From NCBI GenBank assembly GCA_900551995.1, contig URXW01000003.1:3196-67195 (forward strand): a stretch of 64,000 bases of DNA, in the 5' to 3' direction. Every line of letters starts with the position of its first letter. The first letter of the stretch is position 1. The position numbers and the translations under genes are program-made. Below, one piece after another: positions 1-9,885 of this stretch. Under the pieces are notes generated by a model that saw nothing but the letters and a program-made list of their open reading frames with translations, made no database searches and was not told the origin of the DNA. This DNA is from an uncultured Eubacteriales bacterium. Its GTDB lineage: Bacteria > Bacillota > Clostridia > Oscillospirales > Oscillospiraceae.

Positions 1-252
1 ACGTATTTCTCCTGCGCCGGGAAGCGGAACCCCGCCTCGTTCCACGGGACGGGCGACATCTTCGCCGCCACCGTTACCGGCGGGCTGATGCGGGGCATGA
101 CGCTGCAGCAGGCGACCTCGCTGGCGGTGGAGTTCGTGCTGGCGTGTATCGACGCCACGGCGCGGGACCCGCAGGCGGGGTGGTACGGCGTGGACTTTGA
201 ACGGGCACTGCCCTTCCTGTGCGACGCCGTGCGGAAGCTGCCGGAGAACTGA
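1..252 (+). CDS. Pyridoxal/pyridoxamine kinase-like ribokinase-family protein, 3' part (5' truncated by the window)
   Basis: Frame 1 reads ...SFHGTGDIFAATVTGGLMRG...GVDFERALPFL..EN*; GTGD anion-hole motif; TGA at 250-252. Confidence 0.75.
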   Translation, partial: TYFSCAGKRNPASFHGTGDIFAATVTGGLMRGMTLQQATSLAVEFVLACIDATARDPQAGWYGVDFERALPFLCDAVRKLPEN

Positions 253-320
253 ACCGAACAGAAAAAAAGCAGGCACCCGCGCCATCGGCGCGGGTGCCTG
301 TTCGTGATTTCAGCCTTGGC

Positions 321-2483
321 TCACTCGGGCTTGTCCTCAGAGGGCTTATCCTCCGTGGGGGCTTCCTCTGCGGGCTTGCCGTCAGCGGGCGCGTCCTCCA
401 CGGGCTTATTGTCAAAGTCCGGCATGGGGACAGGCTCGGAGACAATGTTGATGTGCTTGGCGGGAGCCTCGATGGTCTCCGGAACGCTGGGGCGGAAGCC
501 GTCCTGCAGGTGCTTGGAGGCACCGTAGTTGTCCACGGTCTCCGGGTCGCGCCCCTCGATAATCGCCATCATCTCCTGACCGGTGATAGTCTCCTTCTTC
601 AGCAGGTACGCGGCGATCTTGTCCAGCAGCTCCCGGTTCTCCCGGAGGATCTGCTTCGCCTCCTCGTGGCACTGACGAAGGATCTTGATGGTCTCCCGGT
701 CGGCGGCGGCATACGTCTCCTGCGCGCAGGTCATGGAGTAGCCGCCGTCCAGATACTGGCTCTGGACGGAGCCGAGAGCCATCATGTCGAACTCCTCGCA
801 CATACCGAACCGCGCCACCAGATTCCGCGCCATCTCCGTGGCGCGCTCGATGTCGTTGGCGGCACCGGAGGTCATGGTGTTGCAGACGACCTCCTCGCTG
901 GAGCGGCCTGCCAGCAGCGTGCGGATCTCCGTGAGGATGTCCTCGCGGGACATGAGGAATTTCTCCTCCTCCGGCAGATGGAGCGTATAGCCCAGCGCAC
1001 CCTGCGTATGGGGGACGATGGTGATTTTGCTGACGGGCTGGGCATTCTTCTGCTTGGCAGCCACCAGCGCGTGACCCACCTCGTGATAGGCGATGATGCG
1101 CTTTTCCTCCTCGGTGATGACGGTGCCCTTTTTCTCGCTGCCGGCGATGACCAGCTCAAAGGACATCAGCAGGTCGTCCTGATTCACGGCGCGGCGTCCC
1201 TTGCGGACGGCGCGGAGAGCGGCCTCGTTCACCAGATTGGCGAGATCCGCGCCCACGCAGCCGGCGGTGGCCTGGGCGATCTTCTCCAGATTCACGTCCT
1301 CCGCCAGCTTGATGTTGCGGGTGTGTACTTGCAGCGTGGCGAGACGACCTGCCAGATTGGGGCGATCCACGGTGATGCGCCGGTCAAAGCGGCCGGGACG
1401 CAGCAGAGCCTTGTCCAGCACCTCCGGGCGGTTGGTGGCACCGAGGACGATAACGCCCTTGCTGGGGTCGAAGCCGTCCAGCTCCGCCAGCAGCTGGTTC
1501 AGCGTCTGCTCGCGCTCATCGTTGCCGCCGCCGAACTTGCTGGCGTCGCGGGATTTACCGATGGTGTCGATCTCGTCGATGAAGATGATGCAGGGAGCCA
1601 CCTTGGCGGCCTCTTTGAACAGGTCGCGGACGCGGCTGGCACCCACGCCCACGAACATCTCCACGAAGTCGGAGCCGGAGATGGAGAAGAAGGGCACGCC
1701 CGCCTCGCCTGCCACCGCCTTCGCCAGCAGCGTTTTACCGGTACCGGGGGAGCCCACCAGCAGTGCGCCCTTGGGCAGCTTGGCACCGATGGCGGTGTAT
1801 TTGCCGGGGTTGTGCAGGAAGTCGATGATCTCCTCCAGAGATTCCTTCGCCTCGTCCTGTCCCGCCACGTCCTTGAAGGTGACGCCGGTGGACTTCTCCA
1901 TATAGACCTTGGCGTTGGCCTTGCCCACGCTGCCGATGCCGCCAAAGCCGCCGCCCCCGGACTTGCTCATCAGACGCATGACCAGCATGAACGCGCCCAC
2001 GATGAAGATGGTGGGCAGGATATACTGGATCATGATCATCAGGAAGGGGTTCATCTCCGCCTCGTAGTAGCCGGTGTACGACACCTTATGCGCCTTCAGC
2101 AGAGGCAGCAGCTCATCGTTGGAGAGATAGGCGGTGTAGAGCGTCAGCTTGGAGTCCTTGGACTGGGTGTAGGACTTAGGCTCGGTCTTGCTGTTCTCGT
2201 TCTTCTCCTCGGTGTACACGTAGCCGTCCACAGGGGTGATGTAGATGGTGCTGTCCTTGAAGAGCAGCTCCTTCACCTGATTCTTTTCGACCATGGAGAT
2301 CATGTCGCTGTACTTGATCTCGTGACTGCTGCTCTTGTTGGCGGCGTTGTTGTTGTAGGCGGTGAAGTACTGGAACGCCACCGTCAGCACCAATGCCCAC
2401 GCGATCAGCGTCATTACGCCGCGAAGATTGCTGTTCTTGCCGTTCTTTCCGCCGCGGTTGTTGTTGCGGTTGTCATTTGCCAT
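321..2483 (-). CDS. ftsH: ATP-dependent zinc metalloprotease FtsH
   Basis: Two N-terminal TM segments, Walker A GSPGTGKT, Walker [22 protein letters not shown], zinc motif HEVGH. Confidence 0.97.
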   Translation of the reverse strand: MANDNRNNNRGGKNGKNSNLRGVMTLIAWALVLTVAFQYFTAYNNNAANKSSSHEIKYSDMISMVEKNQVKELLFKDSTIYITPVDGYVYTEEKNENSKTEPKSYTQSKDSKLTLYTAYLSNDELLPLLKAHKVSYTGYYEAEMNPFLMIMIQYILPTIFIVGAFMLVMRLMSKSGGGGFGGIGSVGKANAKVYMEKSTGVTFKDVAGQDEAKESLEEIIDFLHNPGKYTAIGAKLPKGALLVGSPGTGKTLLAKAVAGEAGVPFFSISGSDFVEMFVGVGASRVRDLFKEAAKVAPCIIFIDEIDTIGKSRDASKFGGGNDEREQTLNQLLAELDGFDPSKGVIVLGATNRPEVLDKALLRPGRFDRRITVDRPNLAGRLATLQVHTRNIKLAEDVNLEKIAQATAGCVGADLANLVNEAALRAVRKGRRAVNQDDLLMSFELVIAGSEKKGTVITEEEKRIIAYHEVGHALVAAKQKNAQPVSKITIVPHTQGALGYTLHLPEEEKFLMSREDILTEIRTLLAGRSSEEVVCNTMTSGAANDIERATEMARNLVARFGMCEEFDMMALGSVQSQYLDGGYSMTCAQETYAAADRETIKILRQCHEEAKQILRENRELLDKIAAYLLKKETITGQEMMAIIEGRDPETVDNYGASKHLQDGFRPSVPETIEAPAKHINIVSEPVPMPDFDNKPVEDAPADGKPAEEAPTEDKPSEDKPE

Positions 2484-2530
2484 ATTTTATCCTCCGTTTT
2501 CACCTTGTGAGGGAACTTTACTTTTTGGTC

Positions 2531-2559
2531 AGTATACCACAGGTGCGGGAAAGTCTCAA
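2531..2559 (-). promoter_or_regulatory. sigma70/SigA-type promoter for ftsH
   Basis: Minus strand TTGAGA-17 nt-TATACT with TG extended -10. Confidence 0.6.
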
Positions 2560-2666
2560 GGCGCAGACGGCTGGTTTTCCTGTAAAATTTCTATGAATCC
2601 GCCTTTATATTGGCGAAAGAGTATGCTATAATATCCGGTAACTATGTGAAGCGCGAGGTATTGCCC

Positions 2667-3449
2667 ATGAGAGAGAGGAAGGACACGGAGAACAGGCGGC
2701 CGCTGCCGGACGCCGAGGCGGACGGCATTATCGAGGGGCGCAACGCGGTCATCGAGGCACTGCGGGTGGGCACCCCCATGGATAAAATCTACATCGCCAA
2801 GGGCGAGACGGACAAGACGCTGGGGCACATCGCCTCCAAGGCGCGTGCGGCGGGCATCGTGGTGGTGGACGCCGACCGGCGGAAGCTGGACGGTATGTCC
2901 CGCACCCACGCCCATCAGGGCGTTATCGCCCTTGCCGCCGTGCGGGAGTACGCCACGGTGGAGGACATCCTGCAAGCTGCCGCCGACAGGGGAGAGCCGC
3001 CGCTGCTGGTGGTCTGTGACGAGATCTCCGACCCCCACAATCTGGGCGCGATCCTGCGGACGGCGGAGTGCGCCGGTGCCCACGGCGTCATCATCCCCAA
3101 ACGCCGCTCCGCCGGTCTGACCGCCATCGTGGCAAAGACCTCCGCCGGTGCGGTGAGCTATATGCCCGTGGCGCGGGTGGCAAACATCCCCTCTCTGCTG
3201 AAGGAGCTGAAGAAGCAGGGTGTCTGGGTGTTCGGCACCGCCGCCGGCGGCGGTACAACGCTGTACGAGGCGGATCTGAAGGGTCCCGCCGCCATCGTCA
3301 TTGGCTCTGAGGGTACGGGCATGACGCGTCTGGCGGCGGAGAGCTGTGACTTTTTGGTGAGCATACCCATGAAGGGGCGGATCTCGTCCCTGAATGCCAG
3401 CGCGGCGGCGGCGATACTGCTGTACGAGGCCGTGCGGCAGAGAGGATAA
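2667..3449 (+). CDS. rlmB: 23S rRNA Gm2251 2'-O-methyltransferase (TrmH/SpoU family)
   Basis: IEGRNAVIEAL, HQGVIA, DPHNLGAILRTA, IGSEGTG, SLNAS SPOUT motifs; ATG at 2667 chosen after GAGG. Confidence 0.93.
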   Translation: MRERKDTENRRPLPDAEADGIIEGRNAVIEALRVGTPMDKIYIAKGETDKTLGHIASKARAAGIVVVDADRRKLDGMSRTHAHQGVIALAAVREYATVEDILQAAADRGEPPLLVVCDEISDPHNLGAILRTAECAGAHGVIIPKRRSAGLTAIVAKTSAGAVSYMPVARVANIPSLLKELKKQGVWVFGTAAGGGTTLYEADLKGPAAIVIGSEGTGMTRLAAESCDFLVSIPMKGRISSLNASAAAAILLYEAVRQRG

Positions 3450-3467
3450 CGGAGACACGGAGACGAT

Positions 3468-5573
3468 ATGAGAAGGCGACGGGACGAGGACATATACGGC
3501 GCGTCCGACCAGCAGGAGGACGAGCTGTCACTGGAGGCCATCCTTGCCGAGTACGGCAGGGGTGGGCGTCAGCCTGCCCCGGCGCAGGAGGCGAGCGCGC
3601 CGGAGGAGAAGGCCGCCCCGGCGGAAACGCCTGTTCCGCAGGCGGAGCCGGAGAAGGAGATCGTCCCGGAGAAGGAGACTGCATCGGAGGGCGGGGAGCC
3701 GGTGTATGAATCCACGGCACCCGACCGGGTGGCGTTGAAGGACATCATGTCCCAGACGGTGGACGCGGTGCTGGAGGACGAGGACGACGGCGTGATCGCC
3801 CAGCCGGTGCCCTTAGGGGAGCGTGTGGCGGGGCTTTTGGCGCGTCTGCGCCGCCCTGCAAGGGGGCGGAAGCGTCCGGCGAGCCTTCAGGACACGGAAC
3901 GGCTTTTCGACGAGCCGGAGGAGGAAGCACCGGAGACAGAGGAGCCGCCGGAGCCGGAGCCGCTGCCGGAGGACGCGCTGCGGGACGAAAAGCGGCGGTG
4001 CAACCGCCTGCGCGGCGGGCTGCTTCTGGGGCTGCTTCCTGCGCTGGCACTGGTGACAGCCGCCGTATTGCAGGAGATGGAGGTGCTGCCCTCCGCATGG
4101 CTGGATGCCGCCATGCTGCGGTGCGCCGTGCTGGGGGGCGGGCTGGTGCTGACATCGCTGCTCTGTATGCCCGTCTGGAAAGCGGCGGCGGAGCTGCTGC
4201 GGGAGAGGAAGTCCAGCTGTGAGCTGTGCACCGCCGTGGCGGTGCTGACGCAGCTGATCTGCTGCGTGTGCGGCATGGTGACGGGCAGTACCCGCGCCAC
4301 GCCCTACGCCGCCTCCGGCGCGCTGCTGATACTGTCGTGCCAGTGGGGGCTGTATCTGGAGGCGGAGACGCGGCGCAGCGCGTACCACCTGCTGGTGCTC
4401 AACGGCACCGTGCCCTACGTGGCGTCCGTCACGGAGGCGGGCGTGTGTAAGCAGCGGGGGAATATCGACGGCTTTTACCGCATGACGCGGCGCAGCGACC
4501 CCGCCCGCCAGTGGCAGAATTACGCGCTGCCGCTGGTCACCGCCACCGCGGCGGTGCTCAGCGGAGTGGTGTGCTTCTCCGGCGGGAGCATGAGCGATTT
4601 TCCGTGGGTGCTGACGGCGTTGACCACCGCCGGGGCGGGGCTGAGTGTGCCGCTGAGCGGCGTGCTGCCTCTGTACTATCTGACGAAGCGGCTGAACCGC
4701 AGCGGCTGCGCCGTTGCCGGGTACGCCGGGGCGCGGAGTATCAGCCGCGCCAAGCGGCTCGTGCTGACCGACGACGATCTGTTCCCGTCAGGGACGGTGA
4801 CGCTGAACGGCTACAAGGTGTTCGGCGAGGAGCGCGCCCGCGCCGTGTCCTATGCCGCCTCTGTGGCGAAGGCGGCGGACAGCAGCCTCACGCCGCTTCT
4901 GGAGCGGCAGCTTGCCGCCGAGGGCGGCTTCCACCTGCCTGTGGAGTGGCTGAACTACTGCGAGGAGGGCGGCGTGGAGGCGAACATCCGCGGCGAAACG
5001 GTGCTCATGGGCAGCGCGTATTTTATGAAGAAGCGCAAGGTCGCCCTGCCCCGCGATATGAAGCTGCCCACCGGCGTGTTTCTGGCGGTGGACGGTGCGC
5101 TGACGGCGGTGTTTGCCGTGAAGTACCAGCCCTCCCGCAACGCGGAGTGGGCGTTGCGGACGCTGAAGCGTTCCCGCATTACGCCGGTGCTCGCCGTCCG
5201 CAGCGGCAATGTGACGCCGGGGCTTGTCAAGCGGAAGTTCGGCGTGGACGCCAAGCCGGTGTACCCGGATGTGTCCACCCGCCTCGCTCTGGCACAGCTG
5301 GCGGAGCAGCAGGGCGACAAGCCCTACGCCCTTATCTGCCGGGAGGGGCTGATGCCCCTTGTGGAGACGGTGGCGGGGAGCCGCCGCGCCGTGAAGGCGG
5401 TGCGTACCGCCACTATATTAAGCTATATCGGCACCGCCGCCGGTGTCGCGCTGGCGTACTACCTCACCTCCGTGGGGAATTTCGCGCTGATGACCCCCAT
5501 CGCCATGGTGGTGTTCCAGGTGCTGTGGCTGCTGCCGACGCTGCTGCTGGCGGGGCTTGTCAAGCACTACTGA
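3468..5573 (+). CDS. Membrane protein with acidic N-terminus and a degenerate P1B-type ATPase-like body
   Basis: About 8 hydrophobic segments; C-terminal half aligns by eye to the CopA in this window but lacks DKTGT, TGES, CPC and GDGxND. Confidence 0.7.
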   Translation: MRRRRDEDIYGASDQQEDELSLEAILAEYGRGGRQPAPAQEASAPEEKAAPAETPVPQAEPEKEIVPEKETASEGGEPVYESTAPDRVALKDIMSQTVDAVLEDEDDGVIAQPVPLGERVAGLLARLRRPARGRKRPASLQDTERLFDEPEEEAPETEEPPEPEPLPEDALRDEKRRCNRLRGGLLLGLLPALALVTAAVLQEMEVLPSAWLDAAMLRCAVLGGGLVLTSLLCMPVWKAAAELLRERKSSCELCTAVAVLTQLICCVCGMVTGSTRATPYAASGALLILSCQWGLYLEAETRRSAYHLLVLNGTVPYVASVTEAGVCKQRGNIDGFYRMTRRSDPARQWQNYALPLVTATAAVLSGVVCFSGGSMSDFPWVLTALTTAGAGLSVPLSGVLPLYYLTKRLNRSGCAVAGYAGARSISRAKRLVLTDDDLFPSGTVTLNGYKVFGEERARAVSYAASVAKAADSSLTPLLERQLAAEGGFHLPVEWLNYCEEGGVEANIRGETVLMGSAYFMKKRKVALPRDMKLPTGVFLAVDGALTAVFAVKYQPSRNAEWALRTLKRSRITPVLAVRSGNVTPGLVKRKFGVDAKPVYPDVSTRLALAQLAEQQGDKPYALICREGLMPLVETVAGSRRAVKAVRTATILSYIGTAAGVALAYYLTSVGNFALMTPIAMVVFQVLWLLPTLLLAGLVKHY

Positions 5574-5728
5574 CACCGGCGCGCCGTTCACTCAAAAGGA
5601 TTCCTTACGGAAAGGAAAACGGCACGGCGCAGCCGCGGCGGAGGGCGTATCCGCCCCGGCAGCGGCGAATCTGCCAGCCGGGTTGGCGAGTTGAACAGAG
5701 AACCATTACTCGAATTGTACAATGTGAC

Positions 5729-5757
5729 GAAAAGTGCGGGGATACCCCGCACTTTTC
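5729..5757. terminator. Intrinsic terminator hairpin
   Basis: GAAAAGTGCGGGG-ATA-CCCCGCACTTTTC perfect inverted repeat. Confidence 0.7.
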
Positions 5758-5879
5758 TTACAAATATCCAAAATAGAGGTTGTCAGGTTAGCGGAAATAC
5801 TATATAATTGGCACGTTGAGCTACTGTCCGCGGCTGTGGGCGGCGGACTTCAAGAAAATGAAGGGAGTACATCATCACT

Positions 5880-7931
5880 ATGACTGCTAACGACATTCGC
5901 AATATCGCCCTGTTGGGTCACGGAGGCTCCGGTAAAACCTCTCTGGCTGAGCAGATGCTGTTTATGACCAAGGGGACGGACCGTCTGGGCAAGCCCGCCG
6001 ACGGCAACACCACCTGTGACTACGATGCCGAGGAGATCAAGCGTCAGATCTCCATCTCCCTGGCGTTCGCGCCCGTGATGTACAAGGGCAAGAAGATCAA
6101 CGTCATGGACGCCCCCGGTAACTTTGATTTCTCCGGCGAGGCTGTCTGCGCCATCCGCGCCGCCGAGTGCGCCGTTATCGTGGGCAACGCCAAGGACGGT
6201 CTGTCCGTGGGTATGGAGCGTACATGGAAGATGCTGGGCAAGAAGCCCCGCATGATGTTCATTAACCGCGTGGAGGAGGCCAACGCCGACTACGCCTCCT
6301 GCATCGAGGCGATCAAGGCGAAGTACGGCACCGCCATCGCCCCCATCGTGGCCACCAAGGCGGACGGCAACAAGGCTGTCACCGTCATCGTGGATCTGCT
6401 GCACAACAAGGCATACGACGCCAAGGGCGAGTGCGCCATCCCCGCCGACATGGCGGACGAGGTGGAGGCTCTCCGCGCCGAGCTGATGGAGGCCGCCGCC
6501 GGTGCCGATGAGGAGCTGATGGAGAAGTTCTTCGAGACCATGGAGCTGTCCGCCGAGGACATGGCGAAGGGTCTGAAGATCGGCGTTCGTGACGGCAGCG
6601 TCTGCCCCGTGCTGTGCGGCTCTGCGCTGACCGGTATGGGCGTGGATATGCTGATGCAGACCATCGTGGATCTGGTGCCCGTTGCCACCGATATGCCCGC
6701 CGTGGCGGCAGAGGACGACGACGGCAACCCCATCGAGGTCGCCTACGATCCCAACGGCTCTACTGTCGCCTTCGTGTTCAAGACCATCTCCGACCAGTAC
6801 GGCAAGTTCTCCATGATCAAGGTCGTCCGGGGCAAGGTCACCAGCGATATGTCCCTGTACAACATGACCACCGGCAACACCGAGAAGCTGGGTCGCCTGT
6901 ACGTTATGAAGGGCAAAAAGACCGAGGAGACCAAGGAGATCTGCTGCGGCGACATCGGTGCCATCGGCAAGATGGACAAGGTCAAGACCGGCGATACCCT
7001 GTGCGAGCCCAAGACCTATGTGAAGTTCGCGCCTCTGGCGTTCGCGCCCGCCTGCTACGAGCGCGCCATCTCCCCCAAGACCAAGCAGGAGATCGAGAAG
7101 CTGGGCACCGGCCTGAACAAGCTGAACGAGGAGGATCCCACCTTCTACGTCACCAACAACGCCGAGACCCACCAGACCGTTATCTCCGGTGCCGGCGACA
7201 TCCAGATCGACGTGCTGTGCAGCAAGCTGAAGTCCCGCTTCGGTGTGGATTCCGAGCTGGATACCCCCCGCGTTGCCTACCGCGAGAAGATCCGCAGCAC
7301 CGTCCGCAAGCAGGGTCGCTATAAGAAGCAGACCGGCGGCAGCGGTCAGTTCGGCGATGTTCATATCATCTTCGAGCCCCAGAACGAGCAGGAGGATATG
7401 ATCTTCGAGGAGAACGTGTTCGGCGGCTCCGTGCCGAAGAACTACTTCCCCGCCGTGGAAAAGGGTCTGCGCGAGAGCTGCCTGCACGGCGTGCTGGCGG
7501 GCTATCCCGTGGTGTTCCTGAAGGCGACGCTGGTGGACGGCTCCTACCACCCCGTTGACTCCTCCGAAATCGCGTTCAAGCTGGCGGCGAACCTGGCGTT
7601 TAAGGCGGCTCTGCCCGAGGCGAAGCCCGTGCTGATGGAGCCCATCGGCGAGCTGAAGGTCACCATTCCCGACAGCTATCTGGGCGACGTGATGGGCGAT
7701 CTGAACAAGCGTCGCGGACGCGTGATGGGCATGAACCCCACCGGCGACGGCGAGCAGGTGCTGGAGGCTGAGGTGCCCATGGCGGAGATGATGAGCTACG
7801 CCATCGACCTGCGCTCCATGACCCAGTCCCGCGGCACGTTCACCTTCAACTTCGTCCGCTACGAGGATTGCCCCGCGGCGGCACAGGAGAAGGCGATCGC
7901 CGAGGCGAAGGCTCTGGCGGAGGCCGAGTAA
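5880..7931 (+). CDS. Elongation factor G paralogue (EF-G2/FusA2-like)
   Basis: IRNIALLGHGGSGKT, EEDPTF, VAYREKI, KKQTGGSGQFG, DGSYHPVDSS, LRSMTQSRG; GTPase motifs divergent. Confidence 0.92.
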   Translation: MTANDIRNIALLGHGGSGKTSLAEQMLFMTKGTDRLGKPADGNTTCDYDAEEIKRQISISLAFAPVMYKGKKINVMDAPGNFDFSGEAVCAIRAAECAVIVGNAKDGLSVGMERTWKMLGKKPRMMFINRVEEANADYASCIEAIKAKYGTAIAPIVATKADGNKAVTVIVDLLHNKAYDAKGECAIPADMADEVEALRAELMEAAAGADEELMEKFFETMELSAEDMAKGLKIGVRDGSVCPVLCGSALTGMGVDMLMQTIVDLVPVATDMPAVAAEDDDGNPIEVAYDPNGSTVAFVFKTISDQYGKFSMIKVVRGKVTSDMSLYNMTTGNTEKLGRLYVMKGKKTEETKEICCGDIGAIGKMDKVKTGDTLCEPKTYVKFAPLAFAPACYERAISPKTKQEIEKLGTGLNKLNEEDPTFYVTNNAETHQTVISGAGDIQIDVLCSKLKSRFGVDSELDTPRVAYREKIRSTVRKQGRYKKQTGGSGQFGDVHIIFEPQNEQEDMIFEENVFGGSVPKNYFPAVEKGLRESCLHGVLAGYPVVFLKATLVDGSYHPVDSSEIAFKLAANLAFKAALPEAKPVLMEPIGELKVTIPDSYLGDVMGDLNKRRGRVMGMNPTGDGEQVLEAEVPMAEMMSYAIDLRSMTQSRGTFTFNFVRYEDCPAAAQEKAIAEAKALAEAE

Positions 7932-7940
7932 AGCACATAC

Positions 7941-7978
7941 AGAACCTCCGGTACGCAGGGCGTGCCGGAGGTTCTTTG
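7941..7978 (+). terminator. Terminator after the EF-G paralogue
   Basis: AGAACCTCCGGTACG...CGTGCCGGAGGTTCT stem followed by TT. Confidence 0.6.
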
Positions 7979-8081
7979 CATATTTTCCGGGGGAACGGGG
8001 GAGGATAGACGGTGACGGAAAATTTTTCCGAAAAAATTGAAAATACCCCTTTACAAATCGGAAGAGCCGTGGTAATATATA

Positions 8082-8106
8082 AATGCAAACGATAATTGTT
8101 AGCATT
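8082..8106. promoter_or_regulatory. Candidate Fur/PerR operator
   Basis: Near-palindrome AATGCAAACGATAATTGTTAGCATT just upstream of the SD of the Fur-family gene. Confidence 0.6.
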
Positions 8107-8124
8107 AAGAAAGGAGCGCGGCAC

Positions 8125-8511
8125 ATGGAGCGAAAACGATACAGCCCCAAGCGGGACGCCATATTGCGGTGCCTGCGCTCTACCACCTGCCATCCCTCTG
8201 CGGAGTGGGTGTACAGCCAGCTGAAGCCGGAGATACCGGATCTCTCACTGGCGACGGTGTACCGCAATCTGGCGCGGTTCCGCGCCGAGGGCGAGGTACA
8301 GGTCATCGGCTGCGTAGACGGCGAGGATCGCTACGACGGCAACACCGCCCCCCACGGGCACTTTATCTGCCGCGGCTGCGGCGCGGTCATCGACCTGCCG
8401 CTCATTCCGGTGGAGCTGCCGGATCTCACCGAGGTGGGGGAGGCGGACAGCTGCGGCGTTGTGTTCTACGGACGCTGCACCGGCTGCCAGGCGGTGCGTA
8501 AAACCAGTTGA
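8125..8511 (+). CDS. perR: Fur-family repressor, PerR-like
   Basis: HPSAEWVY, SLATVYRNL, HGHFICRGC, CTGC; directly upstream of rubrerythrin; SD AAGGAG. Confidence 0.85.
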   Translation: MERKRYSPKRDAILRCLRSTTCHPSAEWVYSQLKPEIPDLSLATVYRNLARFRAEGEVQVIGCVDGEDRYDGNTAPHGHFICRGCGAVIDLPLIPVELPDLTEVGEADSCGVVFYGRCTGCQAVRKTS

Positions 8512-8580
8512 CAAACCGCTGCGGCGGTGTCAAATAAATTTGTGAATCCAACCATACATTATAAAACGGAGGTAATTGTT

Positions 8581-9150
8581 ATGAAGAAGTGGGTCTGTCC
8601 TGTTTGCGGTTACGTTCACGAGGGTGATGTTCCCCCCGCCGAGTGCCCTGTCTGCCACGTCAGCGGTGAAAAATTCATCCTGCAGGCGGCGGAGAAGTCC
8701 TGGGCTGCCGAGCACGTTGTGGGCGTAGGCAAGGTCTTTGGCGACGATGTTCCCGAGGATGTCCGCAAGGAGATCATCGACGGTCTGCGCGCCAACTTCG
8801 AGGGCGAGTGCTCCGAGGTCGGTATGTATCTGGCGATGGCGCGTGTGGCGCACCGTCAGGGCTACCCCGAGATCGGTCTGTACTGGGAGAAGGCAGGCTT
8901 GGAGGAGGCGGAGCACGCCGCCAAGTTCGCCGAGCTGCTGGGTGAGGTCATCACCGACAGCACCGAGAAGAACCTCGCCATGCGTGTGGACGCCGAGAAC
9001 GGTGCGACCGCCGGCAAGTTTGAGCTGGCGAAGCTGGCGAAGAAGTACAACCTCGACGCCATCCATGACACTGTTCACGAGATGGCCCGTGACGAGGCTC
9101 GCCACGGCAAGGCCTTCGAGGGCCTGCTGAAGCGTTACTTCGGCAAGTAA
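8581..9150 (+). CDS. Reverse rubrerythrin (NADH peroxidase)
   Basis: N-terminal rubredoxin CPVC..CPVC followed by di-iron helices EEAEHA and DEARHG. Confidence 0.93.
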   Translation: MKKWVCPVCGYVHEGDVPPAECPVCHVSGEKFILQAAEKSWAAEHVVGVGKVFGDDVPEDVRKEIIDGLRANFEGECSEVGMYLAMARVAHRQGYPEIGLYWEKAGLEEAEHAAKFAELLGEVITDSTEKNLAMRVDAENGATAGKFELAKLAKKYNLDAIHDTVHEMARDEARHGKAFEGLLKRYFGK

Positions 9151-9156
9151 GGTGAT

Positions 9157-9192
9157 ACAAAAAGAAACCGCCGCAAGGCGGTTTCTTTTTGT
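9157..9192. terminator. Bidirectional terminator
   Basis: ACAAAAAGAAACCGCC-GCAA-GGCGGTTTCTTTTTGT between convergent genes. Confidence 0.8.
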
Positions 9193-9353
9193 CATCGGTC
9201 TGTGTCTCCGGCGGATAGTATCAGCTCCTCTGCTTTAGCCTGTGCGTCGGTGAGGGTTTTCAGCGCGGCGATGTTTTCACAGCGCAGAAGATGCTCCGCC
9301 GCATCCGTTATAGCGTTGAACAGCAGGAGATACGGTTTCTTGTAGTCGGTCAT
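9192..9353 (-). CDS. Small hypothetical protein, 53 aa (MTDYKKPYLLLFNAITDAAE...AQAKAEELIL...)
   Basis: Below the ORF-track cutoff; ATG at 9353 after AGAAGGG; TGA at 9192-9194; helical-looking sequence. Confidence 0.6.
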   Translation of the reverse strand: MTDYKKPYLLLFNAITDAAEHLLRCENIAALKTLTDAQAKAEELILSAGDTDR

Positions 9354-9464
9354 TTTTGCCCCTTCTTTCCTTGTGAATATAAAACAACTACAAACTAACT
9401 ACATAATTATAATATACTAAAAGTGATGCTGTCAAGTTACACTAATAAAAAATGAGGTGTTACT

Positions 9465-9659
9465 ATGGCAGAGCAAATCAAAATCAAAAAGAAAGCGTTG
9501 CGCCGGGGTGACGACGGCTACAAGGTCGTCTCTGTACGTATGCGGGAGGAATTGCTCCATCGGCTGGATGAGCTGTCGGTCAAGACGAACCGTTCACGGA
9601 ACGAGCTCATCAATATTTTGCTGACCTCCGCGGTGGATATTGTAAAGGTGGAGGAGTGA
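9465..9659 (+). CDS. CopG/ribbon-helix-helix DNA-binding protein
   Basis: YKVVSVRMREELLHRLDELSVKTNRSRNELINILL RHH pattern; SD GAGGTG. Confidence 0.8.
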   Translation: MAEQIKIKKKALRRGDDGYKVVSVRMREELLHRLDELSVKTNRSRNELINILLTSAVDIVKVEE

Positions 9660-9885
9660 CCGCTGCCCCTCCGGCAAAAGCGGGCGGCAGCAGGGTGGGC
9701 TTGCTGTGCGCTCTTTTCTCCGTGCGTGCAGGGAGGGATACAGCGCATCGGAGGGCATCCGTCCACCGAAAAAGGACAGCAAAAAGCCGCCTGCGGGCGG
9801 CTTTTCACTTTTTCTTGCCTTTTTTCCTCCCGGTGTGGTACAATAACTATGTATAACCGAAAAATTCCGAAAGGGAGTGTTTGCT

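Noticed and set aside
219..2510. Long antisense ORFs (e.g. 219-2510, 5850-8306, 31319-33910, 35855-38416, 44508-46046)
   Set aside because: Shadows of real genes on the opposite strand, expected with high third-position GC; no motifs or SD sequences
9660..9810. GC-rich stems after the RHH gene as an ncRNA
   Set aside because: Explained by a 3' UTR plus terminator (AAAAGCCGCC..GGCGGCTTTT); no recognisable motif
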